DNA of 37,953 nt from a virus: the IMG/VR virus record IMGVR_UViG_3300031417_000380; one strand, given 5' to 3'. The notes under the pieces were generated by a model. It made no database searches and had not been told where the DNA came from. It worked only from the letters and a program-made list of their open reading frames with translations. Below, in pieces: positions 1 to 8,696 of this stretch (positions are counted from its first letter, which is position 1; each line of letters starts with the position of its first letter). A program made the position numbers and the translations under genes.

Positions 1-789
1 TCATAGTTCCTCCGAAAGCTGCTGCTCGAGAAGGCTAGGGACACCGTACTTGCTCACCGTGATAACACTCTTGGCGTTCCTACCGGGCTTGAGCTCTACC
101 GTGAGCTTGAGCTCGTAACCGACCTCGTTCGGTTCGTTGCCCTCGACAACGGCGAAGCTGATGCGGTCGAGCGTGAAGTTTCGGTAACCGTTTGCTGTCT
201 TCCCCTGGAAGCTATTAAGCCCGATCTTCACCACGTTTACTCGTCGAGTGCGCGTAGGGTAAGGCTCTTCCTCGCGGTGAGAAGCCTTGTAGAGAATGTA
301 GACCGGGGCACTTGTCTCTAGGGCTCGTTCCAGAGTTAGACGAATCTGGCTTGCAGTTACTCCTCCGGGGACCATCGTCGTAAGCTCGTACCGGTGCTCG
401 CCGATGACAGAGAAAGCTTTGGACGAAAGCCGTCGTTCCTCGATCTGATGAACGATACGCTTAAAGGTGGCTAGAGGCGTGTCTGACTGACGACCGAGAA
501 GAGCGTTAAGCTCGCTTCTGAGCTCTTCCGCAAAAGCTTCTACCTCTGAAGCGGGCTCTCCGAAGAAGACGTACTCCACCTTAGAGTTTTCAAGCTCAAG
601 GTCACGGAATAGCTTGCGAGATGGGAAGTAAAGGCGCGACTCTCGAACGTCGTTAGCGCCGGCTACTCTCTGCGGGTCGAAGCCGAAAGCTTTACCCTCA
701 ACCGTTCTAAAACTCCAGGTCCCCTCTTTCCATGTCTGGGTCGAAGCCTCCCGCTTGAAACGATCAAAGACATCCTTAAGATAGCTCAT
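1..789 (-). CDS. WYL-like domain protein, paralog 9 of tandem array
   Basis: PVYILY..RTRRVNVVKI..GYRNFTLDRISFAVV matches the WYL core pattern (Y..R.v.P....R.F..DRI); ATGA overlap with upstream paralog. Confidence 0.65.
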   Translation of the reverse strand: MSYLKDVFDRFKREASTQTWKEGTWSFRTVEGKAFGFDPQRVAGANDVRESRLYFPSRKLFRDLELENSKVEYVFFGEPASEVEAFAEELRSELNALLGRQSDTPLATFKRIVHQIEERRLSSKAFSVIGEHRYELTTMVPGGVTASQIRLTLERALETSAPVYILYKASHREEEPYPTRTRRVNVVKIGLNSFQGKTANGYRNFTLDRISFAVVEGNEPNEVGYELKLTVELKPGRNAKSVITVSKYGVPSLLEQQLSEEL

Positions 790-1688
790 GAGCGTTTCCC
801 CGTTCGAAGATAACGACTTTCCATGTCAGGAAGCCCCACCACACTTACAGTGAGTGATACCGTGCCTGAGGCTTTGAATTCTACAGTGAGCATGTACTCC
901 TGGCCTACGGTAGCAGCCTGCTTACCTTCGGCTACGGCACTGTTAATCCGGTCGTAGTTAAAACGCCTCAGGCCTCGCACGTTTCGACCGAGGAAGCCGT
1001 CTTTGTAGAGCTTCACCGGGTTGATACGCCGGATGTGTGTCTCTTCGGCCTTACGTCGAACGACTGTGTAGCTAAACTCAAGCGGCACTCCGCGCTCAAC
1101 AGCGTATGCGACTGTAGCCTCAATCTCGTCACGCTTCGAAGAGTGCTCTGTAGCACGAAGTTCAAAAGCCGTGTGTGAAACACGATGAAGAGTGGAGTAA
1201 GGAAGAGCGCCGATGGTGGCCTCAACGAAAGCCACCATAAGTCGCTGTACCGGCTCATGACGAGAAGTGAGCTGCGTGTACTCAGCGTACTCAGGAGCCA
1301 GGAACTTCGAAGGATCATCCTGAAGTCGCTCAAGCGTCTTCTCGGCGACGAACGACGCTACCTCGTAGTCGACACCACCGAGAAGGAAAGTGTAGCTGTA
1401 GTTGCTGTGCTCGGTCTCGTTTTTCCACTTTGCAAAGAGTATTCGATCACGCTTGACCAAAAGCTCTCCCGGACTAGCCTGACGGCCGACGAACGGCTTA
1501 GCTTTCTTTGGAAGAGGCTTAGGATCGGCAGCGGGAAACTCGAGCTTGCTCTGAGTGATCTCCGGGGCAGGGATTACTCGTGGTTGAGCTTCAGCCTCTG
1601 GAACTTCATGCGGCTCAACGCTTGACTGAGGAGTCTCGTCTGCCCAAAGAACAGCTTCTTCCTTCTTACGGCGCCAGAACGGCTTCAC
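786..1688 (-). CDS. WYL-like domain protein, paralog 8
   Basis: PLEFSY..IRRINPVKL..GLRRFNYDRINSAV; SD AGGAG before GTG. Confidence 0.7.
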   Translation of the reverse strand: MKPFWRRKKEEAVLWADETPQSSVEPHEVPEAEAQPRVIPAPEITQSKLEFPAADPKPLPKKAKPFVGRQASPGELLVKRDRILFAKWKNETEHSNYSYTFLLGGVDYEVASFVAEKTLERLQDDPSKFLAPEYAEYTQLTSRHEPVQRLMVAFVEATIGALPYSTLHRVSHTAFELRATEHSSKRDEIEATVAYAVERGVPLEFSYTVVRRKAEETHIRRINPVKLYKDGFLGRNVRGLRRFNYDRINSAVAEGKQAATVGQEYMLTVEFKASGTVSLTVSVVGLPDMESRYLRTGKRS

Positions 1689-1720
1689 GGGAGCTCCTGA
1701 GTTACTCGCTTTACATGCTC

Positions 1721-1749
1721 ATGGTACACCACAAAGCTTGAGAACGCAA
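1721..1749 (-). promoter_or_regulatory. SigA-like promoter internal to the WYL-like array
   Basis: TTGCGT-N17-TACCAT on the minus strand in the only sizeable gap of the array. Confidence 0.6.
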
Positions 1750-1754
1750 GCATG

Positions 1755-2450
1755 TCAGTCCTTGTAGTTCACAAACTTCTGACGGAGGTCAAAGATGTCT
1801 TCGTACCGATACCCGCGCTGAACTAGATACGTCTTTTCACGCTCCGCCTTAAAGCTGTAGCGCCAGACGTTGAGCTCTTCAAGATCGTTTCGGTCACCGA
1901 CCGCTACCGTGCGGACATTCATGAGCTTGTAGCGTCTGTAGCCGAGTAAAGAGCGCACTAGGACCGATGTCTCATCCACATCGGCCACAAAGCCGCTACG
2001 AACCGTGATGAAGTTGTCTCGACCGCGATAGACTCCATCCTGGAAGCTTAACTGCACCGGCTCGCTTCGTGCCTCGGCGCGCATGAGCTTCTTACGAACC
2101 TCGTTTATGGTCTCCTCCCCACCGCTGTGGCGCTTGTCCGCGATGAGAAATGTTCCGCGCCGGCTTTCAAGTTCGGCGCTTTGAGTTCTAAAGATCTTGA
2201 GCCCTCCTACGGAGCTCTTGCGTGTCATGAGCTCTTCAAACTCATTCGGTCCGTAGGAGTTGGTGTAAATGAGCTTCCCGAAAAGCTCATTCAGTATGTC
2301 GGTGGCTTTACCCCATCGAACACCGTAGATGGTCATCTCTCGGTAGTACGTGTCAAAAGTCTTGAGCGTACGGGAGGGCTTCATGAGTTCACCCTCGCGC
2401 TGAGCCTGCTGGAAAAGTTCCTCTTCAGTGTCAAGATCGTAGCGGTTCAC
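1755..2450 (-). CDS. WYL-like domain protein, paralog 7
   Basis: PVQLSF..VRSGFVADV..GYRRYKLMNVRTV. Confidence 0.55.
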   Translation of the reverse strand: MNRYDLDTEEELFQQAQREGELMKPSRTLKTFDTYYREMTIYGVRWGKATDILNELFGKLIYTNSYGPNEFEELMTRKSSVGGLKIFRTQSAELESRRGTFLIADKRHSGGEETINEVRKKLMRAEARSEPVQLSFQDGVYRGRDNFITVRSGFVADVDETSVLVRSLLGYRRYKLMNVRTVAVGDRNDLEELNVWRYSFKAEREKTYLVQRGYRYEDIFDLRQKFVNYKD

Positions 2451-3136
2451 GAGCTTTTCGCTTCCTGGTGAGTTGCGAGCTGCGCGACGAAGCGCTTCAG
2501 TCGCTGTTCACCGTCACGCGGCGCGCTTAGGAGAATAGTGTCGGTCATCTTTCTCTCGACTGTAACGGTCATCTCTCGAAAGAACTCAGCAGAGCCCTCG
2601 TAGCTTTTACTTACGGCGTGGATCTTCGCGTAGGCGTAGCGTCGATAGCCGCGCTGCGTACGCAGCAGGATGCCGTCGTCGTACAACTTCACCACCACTC
2701 CTCTGCGAATCTGTAAGAAGCCGTCTCTCCAGTAGGAAATCTCTACAGTGTTACCGTAGGGAAGATGAGCGCTTCGAATCCTTGGATGGCCGCTCAACTT
2801 AAGCATGTCGGAGTTGGGAAACGACCGAGGGACATAGTGGTACCGCGAGCCGAGTACAAAGTCATGGGGTGATGATCTGAAAATCCCGAGCGAGGTGCCG
2901 GTGAGGCGCGAGACTGAAACGTCTTTAGCGATCTTATCGAGCGATCTTTCCGGTGCAAGAGCCGAGGCGATAGCTATCGCCTCGGCAACTTTGAACGCGG
3001 CTTCCGGCTTAAGCTCGTAGGTAAGAACGCTCTTAAAGGCGTTTTCCTTTGGGAGAGGGAAGGAGTGGCGAATCCACTTACTGAACTCTCTCGGGTGCGG
3101 ATCTTCATTTTTCGGTCGTCTGTTAAAAATACCCAA
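2447..3136 (-). CDS. WYL-like domain protein, paralog 6
   Basis: VEISYW..IRRGVVVKLYDDGILLRTQRGYRRYAYAKIHAV; closest to 3139-3903. Confidence 0.6.
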   Translation of the reverse strand: MGIFNRRPKNEDPHPREFSKWIRHSFPLPKENAFKSVLTYELKPEAAFKVAEAIAIASALAPERSLDKIAKDVSVSRLTGTSLGIFRSSPHDFVLGSRYHYVPRSFPNSDMLKLSGHPRIRSAHLPYGNTVEISYWRDGFLQIRRGVVVKLYDDGILLRTQRGYRRYAYAKIHAVSKSYEGSAEFFREMTVTVERKMTDTILLSAPRDGEQRLKRFVAQLATHQEAKSS

Positions 3137-3138
3137 GC

Positions 3139-3903
3139 TCAGTCTCCTGTCTTTCTAAGACGCCGCATAAACCAGACACCCCTGCGAGCGTTCGGCTTTA
3201 CTCTACCATCGCGCTCGTAGGTGGCTACAGCTTCCGTAAATGCTTCGATGCCCGGAGAGACATCTCGGACAGTTAGTTCGCCTAAGCCTCCTCTGCGGTA
3301 GGAGAGAGTTACTTCGAGTTCGCTGAGCTCCTTGCCCAGCTCGCCGGTGTAGCACATTGCGGCGTTGAGTCGCTCGTAGCTATAACGTCTGTAACCGTTG
3401 GGCGAGCGGAGTAACAGCCCATCATCATAGAGCTTCACCACGAGTCCACGCTTAATCCGCAGGTACTCTCCAGACCGGTATGAGAGCTCGAGTACCGAAC
3501 CGGATTCGTAGGAGAGCTTCGCGCGATGCTTGATAGAGGCGGTGTTCTTATTCTCGTGCCCATGAGCTATGGAGCCGACGGTGTACTCAGTCGCTCCAGA
3601 TCGCACCGCACGAAAGCCGGAGCTGATGAGCTCTTTCTTCGCTATAGCGTCGAAGAGACTAAAGGAGAACTCCTCAACTCTAGGCGACAGCATGGTGGCT
3701 CTAGGGAACATGAGAGCCGCCGTCGCCGCCGTCTGCTGATTGTTCTCGAAGAACCGCACTCTCTGGACGAAGCCTGCTCGTCCACGCACCGAGTGACGGA
3801 ACGGAAACTTCGTAAAGCCGTTGGGCTCCTGCTCAAAGTCATATAGACTGTAATAGTCGTGGTCCGGAAAATCATCGTCAATGAAGTAGCTGTTGTTAAT
3901 CAC
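3139..3903 (-). CDS. WYL-like domain protein, paralog 5
   Basis: LELSYR..IKRGLVVKLYDDGLLLRSPNGYRRYSYERLNAA. Confidence 0.6.
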   Translation of the reverse strand: MINNSYFIDDDFPDHDYYSLYDFEQEPNGFTKFPFRHSVRGRAGFVQRVRFFENNQQTAATAALMFPRATMLSPRVEEFSFSLFDAIAKKELISSGFRAVRSGATEYTVGSIAHGHENKNTASIKHRAKLSYESGSVLELSYRSGEYLRIKRGLVVKLYDDGLLLRSPNGYRRYSYERLNAAMCYTGELGKELSELEVTLSYRRGGLGELTVRDVSPGIEAFTEAVATYERDGRVKPNARRGVWFMRRLRKTGD

Positions 3904-4669
3904 GGCTCATCGTCCAGCGCTTGAGGCGAGCTGTAACCTGCTCGATCACCTTAGTGGTGGTGATGGTTTCGATGGTCGCCGTGCGCGACGGTTTGCTAAA
4001 GTCTACGGTCACCAGTGTCTCATCAAAGTTTGTGTTCGGCTCGATCATAACTCCTACCGATCGTACCTTCTCATAGAGATAGCGCCGGCGCCCTCGAGCC
4101 TCCACAACGTCAAAACCGATCTCGTCTATACTCAGTAGCCACGCACGATGGAGATGCCGCTCCGGCCCCCGACCTTTGTCGTTCACGTAAACGAACTCGA
4201 TACCGCTGATCTGATCAGACTCATAGCTTGTCTTAATACGGCTTCGAATCGCCGACTGAGCCATCGGTTTCGGTGAGCGGTGAAGCAACGACATGACCTC
4301 AAAACTGTTGCGTCCCACGGCTGTGTAACGCTCAGTGTTCCACCTTGCTCGATGGACACCGGAGCTTTTGCTAGCTCGAACAAAGGCCTCGATGAACGAT
4401 GGGTACTTCTCGTAGTCATTGTCTAAAAGCTCTTCTAGAGTCGCTGTCCAAAGCTCTTTCGTCTCTTCGAAAGCCCAGCCAAAGTACCGCACAGTAAGCT
4501 TATTCTGGAGCTCGTCAAAATGCTGAGGGGTTCGAAAATGAGCCTCTGCGCGCAATGTCTTTGGCGGGTCGTTATGGTGAGCTGGCTGATCGCGAACCGT
4601 AGTTTGCTTAAGCTCCTCCGTAGGAGTGAGCTCTTTGCTCGGCTTACCCCATCGCTTGAAGAGTTTCAC
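3896..4669 (-). CDS. WYL-like domain protein, paralog 4
   Basis: IEFVYVNDKG..RGRRRYLYEKVRSV. Confidence 0.55.
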   Translation of the reverse strand: MKLFKRWGKPSKELTPTEELKQTTVRDQPAHHNDPPKTLRAEAHFRTPQHFDELQNKLTVRYFGWAFEETKELWTATLEELLDNDYEKYPSFIEAFVRASKSSGVHRARWNTERYTAVGRNSFEVMSLLHRSPKPMAQSAIRSRIKTSYESDQISGIEFVYVNDKGRGPERHLHRAWLLSIDEIGFDVVEARGRRRYLYEKVRSVGVMIEPNTNFDETLVTVDFSKPSRTATIETITTTKVIEQVTARLKRWTMSRD

Positions 4670-5526
4670 GCGCGCCTCTTTGCTCGTTTGATTTTCTGCT
4701 CGATATCTTTGATACGCTGATCGAGCTCTTCGCGTTGAAGCTTGAGATTCTTGAGCATGTCAATCGCGCCGGCGGAGATGAGACTATCGTTCCCAAAAGA
4801 TAGTCGGATTAACCCAACTCCGTTGGAATCAAAAGTGACAGTAGCAGCCGGTTCATTCGGAACGAATCGAGTTGAAGAGCCATCCGCTAAAGCTTCGATC
4901 ACACGGTCGTAGCGATACCGACGCCGACCGCGATGATGCTCGCCGATGAAGTAGTCAGCTTCGCGTTTCACCACGTTTGATCTCCGAATGCCGATCGGCT
5001 GATCCTCTGCTTTGTAGCTAAAATCAAGTGGAGCCCCGCTTCTGTACGCAGCATCCACCGTGTTACGCACCGTCGCACCAGCGTCTCTTGTGGTCCCTAC
5101 GATGAGATCACTGGACGCAAGTGAATGCGAAGTCTCACTGCTACGCTCCATAAAACGGCGTGTCACGAAAACTCCGTTTAACGCTGGGTCCATTAGCGAG
5201 GCCGTTATAGCTTTCGCAGGATAGGTCTCTTTCGAATGTTCGAGCGAGGTAATGAGACGAACCAGATATTGCTTGGATGCGAATGCGGCCTCACCTCCGA
5301 AGTAAAGCCTATGCGTGTACAGATGAGTGCTAGCGACAGCGTTGTGGTTGAAGCTCAACTGTTCACTGATAGCAAGATCTTCTTTTGGAAAGATACGTGC
5401 CTTAATCCGCGCCGACGTTTCAGAGGCTACCTGAAGCTTCTCAATCTCGATCTCCGCTCGATTAAGAACTGCTTTAGTCTCTAGCGGCGTCCCGACGTGT
5501 TCTTTCTTACGATTGAAAACCGCCAT
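4666..5526 (-). CDS. WYL-like domain protein, paralog 3, C-terminal coiled coil
   Basis: PLDFSYK..IRRSNVVKR..RGRRRYRYDRVIEA; heptad tail LKLQREELDQRIKDIEQKIK. Confidence 0.65.
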   Translation of the reverse strand: MAVFNRKKEHVGTPLETKAVLNRAEIEIEKLQVASETSARIKARIFPKEDLAISEQLSFNHNAVASTHLYTHRLYFGGEAAFASKQYLVRLITSLEHSKETYPAKAITASLMDPALNGVFVTRRFMERSSETSHSLASSDLIVGTTRDAGATVRNTVDAAYRSGAPLDFSYKAEDQPIGIRRSNVVKREADYFIGEHHRGRRRYRYDRVIEALADGSSTRFVPNEPAATVTFDSNGVGLIRLSFGNDSLISAGAIDMLKNLKLQREELDQRIKDIEQKIKRAKRRA

Positions 5527-6464
5527 CAGCTAAGCTCCTTCTCAATACGCTCAAGCTTAGCTTTGTTCGCCTTGTTTTGAGCGTTGAGCTCGGTGAGCGT
5601 CTCACTTATCTCAGAGAGTTTCTCATCCAACACTCTATTTGCGGAGTCATCGTAGTAGCCACTCTTTAGCTTACCGATGTATTCTGTCAGTCCCATGAAC
5701 GTAACACGAATCTCAGTACTGTTCCACTCGATCACGAGAGTGGGCGTCTCCACCAGTGGAAGTTTTGCTAAGCCGATAAGCCGAAGCGACGAGATAACTC
5801 GATCGTACCGGTAACGTCGAACTCCACGCTGATGCTCAGCGGTGAAGTACTCCTGTCTAGCACTTCTCACGACTACCTGGCGAACTGTAGGAGCACCGTT
5901 CTTCGTAGGGTAGACGAGTTCGATCGGCGTCGCGCTAGCTTGCGATGCTAAAATAGTCTCTCTGATGCTTGGATAGGTGGTTGCAGCTGGATGAGCGTGT
6001 CGAAGCTCGAGATCGTAGAGCCCCCGCTGAAAATAGCGCGTGGGAAAGTGTAAACGAGCTGCGGCTCGTAGATAGTCGTCTAGATCGACCATAAGCCCAA
6101 GTCCGTGGAGCTTAATGTCTTTGAGGATGTACTGCAGAAAACCTTCGGCAGTCCTCCCAATTTCACCGTTAAGCACGACAACCCGCTGCTCTTCGGGCGA
6201 GAAGAATGACGACTCTGCGCCGCGAAGTAAGGTGTAGCGGTCACCCTCAACCATAGCCCTACTAGGATAGGTTTTCTCCATTTTAATGAGTCGAGGATAC
6301 CGCGAAGGAGTGTAGACTCCGTAGACGTAAGACTCCACGCCCTCACCGTAGAAGCCGAGTTGATCGACCTGACTTTCGCCTTTCTTCGCTGCTGCTTTCT
6401 CAGCAAGCCTCAACCCCTCTTCAGCGGTGAGAAGAGGGAACCTTCTTAGATTAAACAGTCCCAA
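5526..6464 (-). CDS. WYL-like domain protein, paralog 2, C-terminal coiled coil (start revised to TTG 6464)
   Basis: PIELVYP..VRQVVVRS..RGVRRYRYDRVISS; GAGGAGG SD precedes the in-frame TTG at 6464, giving MGLFNLRR like its paralogs. Confidence 0.65.
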   Translation of the reverse strand: MGLFNLRRFPLLTAEEGLRLAEKAAAKKGESQVDQLGFYGEGVESYVYGVYTPSRYPRLIKMEKTYPSRAMVEGDRYTLLRGAESSFFSPEEQRVVVLNGEIGRTAEGFLQYILKDIKLHGLGLMVDLDDYLRAAARLHFPTRYFQRGLYDLELRHAHPAATTYPSIRETILASQASATPIELVYPTKNGAPTVRQVVVRSARQEYFTAEHQRGVRRYRYDRVISSLRLIGLAKLPLVETPTLVIEWNSTEIRVTFMGLTEYIGKLKSGYYDDSANRVLDEKLSEISETLTELNAQNKANKAKLERIEKELS

Positions 6465-7320
6465 GGTTACCCTCCTCAAGCTTCTTACGTACGTCCGCCT
6501 CGGGGTATTCGAGTAGTACACGTCGGACTGTAGTCTCGCCGGCGCCGTCAAACGTTACCACCACTAGTACGTCCGGAGTAAGCGCTTGTTCGGTAGGCGC
6601 TACAACAGCTGAACGCATCTTTGAGAATAGGAAGTTACGATAGCCGAGGTGGCTCCAAGCTCTAAAGCCACGATTTCCGTAGAGTCCCCTTACCTTAACT
6701 CGTCTGTAGTGCGTTTCGAGCTTGTTGCTGTTCAACCTTCGTCGCTCATTCGCGTAACTAAACTCGAGCGTTGCGTTGTTGAGATAGGCAGCGCCGACGG
6801 TTGCCTTGATACTGTCCTCATCAAAAGCTGCAGGGGAAAGGGAGCGCAGTTCATGCTCTCGGAACACCGGAGTGCTAAAGCTTTTCTCTGGAAGGTAAGA
6901 GACGAGATCAGACAGAAGCCAGTCAAACGTTTGCTGGTAAGAGGCGTAGGGGCTTACCGGCCCGAACTTCAAGCGCTTAACCAACTCGCTGTAGAAAGAT
7001 TCTGAACTTGAAAATGTCTCACCGCTAAGTAAGATCGTGTGGTACCACGGCTTACTGTGGTTCATGAGTCCGTCGTGGAAGCGCTGCCGCCCTTCGAATA
7101 GATAGTCGAGCTCTTCATCCTCATGACGATCTCTGTCGGCAGCGCCGGTGTGAGTTTCTCCTTCTCTAAAGAGCGTTCGAACCTGGTCGAGTCGCGCCAT
7201 GTGCGCCATCAGGTCAGCTCCCGACTTCACATGAAGATCCGGTATGCTCTCTACCTTAAGCTCAGGTTCGACGGCGCCACCGAAGAGCTTTCGGAAGCCG
7301 GTAAACAGCTTATTCGGCAT
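6451..7320 (-). CDS. WYL-like domain protein, paralog 1
   Basis: TLEFSY..YRRVKVRGL..GYRNFLFSKMRSAV. Confidence 0.6.
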   Translation of the reverse strand: MPNKLFTGFRKLFGGAVEPELKVESIPDLHVKSGADLMAHMARLDQVRTLFREGETHTGAADRDRHEDEELDYLFEGRQRFHDGLMNHSKPWYHTILLSGETFSSSESFYSELVKRLKFGPVSPYASYQQTFDWLLSDLVSYLPEKSFSTPVFREHELRSLSPAAFDEDSIKATVGAAYLNNATLEFSYANERRRLNSNKLETHYRRVKVRGLYGNRGFRAWSHLGYRNFLFSKMRSAVVAPTEQALTPDVLVVVTFDGAGETTVRRVLLEYPEADVRKKLEEGNLGTV

Positions 7321-7726
7321 TGACGTTTCCCTCCTGAGCCCAGGCTTCTTTAAGCCAGCTAGGCGCTACATTCAGACTGCCTGGAAATTCTGCAAAGTCG
7401 ATCAACATATCTTCCCAAGATGCGTTGATACGCTCGGATGAGTTTGTAAGTAACCGGCGAGAGTCCGTGATCTCAGCGTGCATGGTGTACCAGGGGCCGC
7501 CGTCTGGAAGCAAGAAGCGAGCGCGATGAGAGCGTAGAGCTTCTCGGAGCTCATCGGTGATAGTGCAAATCGATCCGTGACCATCCGAGCCGTAGCGCAC
7601 CACCGTGACGTTGAGACTAGCTCCGATAAGTTCAGCCTTGAGACTAATAGCTTCCGCGCCTTTCTTAGCCTCAACGAGATACTTGAAGACCAGTTCGCTC
7701 TCTCTAGGCTTCTCAGACTTGACCAT
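7310..7726 (-). CDS. YezG/DUF600-like (immunity-type) protein
   Basis: LRSHRARF..PDGGPWYTM....DFAEFP....PSWL resembles the actinobacterial LR..m..p..G.W....D...FP....P.WL pattern; leaderless first gene of the operon. Confidence 0.5.
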   Translation of the reverse strand: MVKSEKPRESELVFKYLVEAKKGAEAISLKAELIGASLNVTVVRYGSDGHGSICTITDELREALRSHRARFLLPDGGPWYTMHAEITDSRRLLTNSSERINASWEDMLIDFAEFPGSLNVAPSWLKEAWAQEGNVNAE

Positions 7727-7732
7727 ACGGCA

Positions 7733-7761
7733 ACACTACACGGCGACCTGACTCTACGCAA
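7733..7761 (-). promoter_or_regulatory. SigA-like promoter, leaderless transcript
   Basis: TTGCGT-N17-TAGTGT-N6-ATG(7726). Confidence 0.7.
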
Positions 7762-7774
7762 TCAACGCCAACGT

Positions 7775-7802
7775 TTGTTTTCTCTTCGAAAAGGTGTAGA
7801 AT
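7775..7802 (+). promoter_or_regulatory. divergent SigA-like promoter, leaderless
   Basis: TTGTTT-N16-TAGAAT-N6-GTG(7809). Confidence 0.55.
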
Positions 7803-7808
7803 TGAGTC

Positions 7809-8393
7809 GTGACTATTTTCTCAAGCAAGAGCGCCGAGTGGCCGGACGATTTCTTAGCGCCGGTTCCCGAAGCCTACTCCGAGGCCGATGTTCTGCGGTT
7901 AGTGCTTCGGGGGATAGCCGCTGAAGAGGCGGATTCTCCCTATAGCACTCTCGCTGTAGCAAATTCGGCGGAAGACTCGTTCTATCAGTTCCTTCAAAAG
8001 CGTGACGAATACATGAAGGAGAGCGGGGGCGAGCAGGAGTTCCGCATCGGCTACGAGACAGCGATCGAAGATAAGGCTGCGGAAGATCGACAGCTTAGCG
8101 AAGAGATCAGAGACAGTCTTAGCACCATCGCTGATCTTCGTAAGAGGCTTAAGGATCGGTCGATACCGGCTCTCGAAGCAACTAAAGCTCACCTCCAGAA
8201 GCTTAAGGCTTACGAAGACACGAGTGCTAGCGACGTGGAGAAGTGGGCTTTTGAGGACGGCGTCATGATGACGGTGACCGAGACTTTAGAGCTCATCGAT
8301 CATCACGAACGACTTATCGAAGCAGACATCGAACGAGCTCAGAAAGCAGCCGGCGGTGTAGAGGACAACGAAAAGGATCCTGAAGATGCGTAA
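7809..8393 (+). CDS. hypothetical acidic helical/coiled-coil protein
   Basis: 194-aa ORF directly after promoter, overlaps next start. Confidence 0.75.
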   Translation: MTIFSSKSAEWPDDFLAPVPEAYSEADVLRLVLRGIAAEEADSPYSTLAVANSAEDSFYQFLQKRDEYMKESGGEQEFRIGYETAIEDKAAEDRQLSEEIRDSLSTIADLRKRLKDRSIPALEATKAHLQKLKAYEDTSASDVEKWAFEDGVMMTVTETLELIDHHERLIEADIERAQKAAGGVEDNEKDPEDA

Positions 8394-8688
8394 GAAGCTT
8401 GCAGCAATCATGCTCTTGACCGGTATCGCAGTCGCTACTCTCTCCGGCTGTGCGGCTGCCGAAGATGTGGCCGCTAGCGACGGGCAGCCGGCTAGCGGTG
8501 GCGCTCCTACTCCTAGCGAAGAGAACGGCACGTATTCGCAGCCGACTCGTTACGGCTACAACTTCTCCGCTCAGGAGTTTACCTACAAGCTGAAGGATGG
8601 CCGCGAGGTCACATGCATCTGGGCTGGAGACAGCCGCTCCGGTGGGCCTTCCTGTGACTGGGGAAACATCAAGCCCTCTGATCGTTGA
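8386..8688 (+). CDS. small lipoprotein
   Basis: MRKK + hydrophobic stretch + lipobox LSGC; C-terminal DGREVTC..GGPSCDW. Confidence 0.8.
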   Translation: MRKKLAAIMLLTGIAVATLSGCAAAEDVAASDGQPASGGAPTPSEENGTYSQPTRYGYNFSAQEFTYKLKDGREVTCIWAGDSRSGGPSCDWGNIKPSDR

Positions 8689-8696
8689 GTTAGAGC

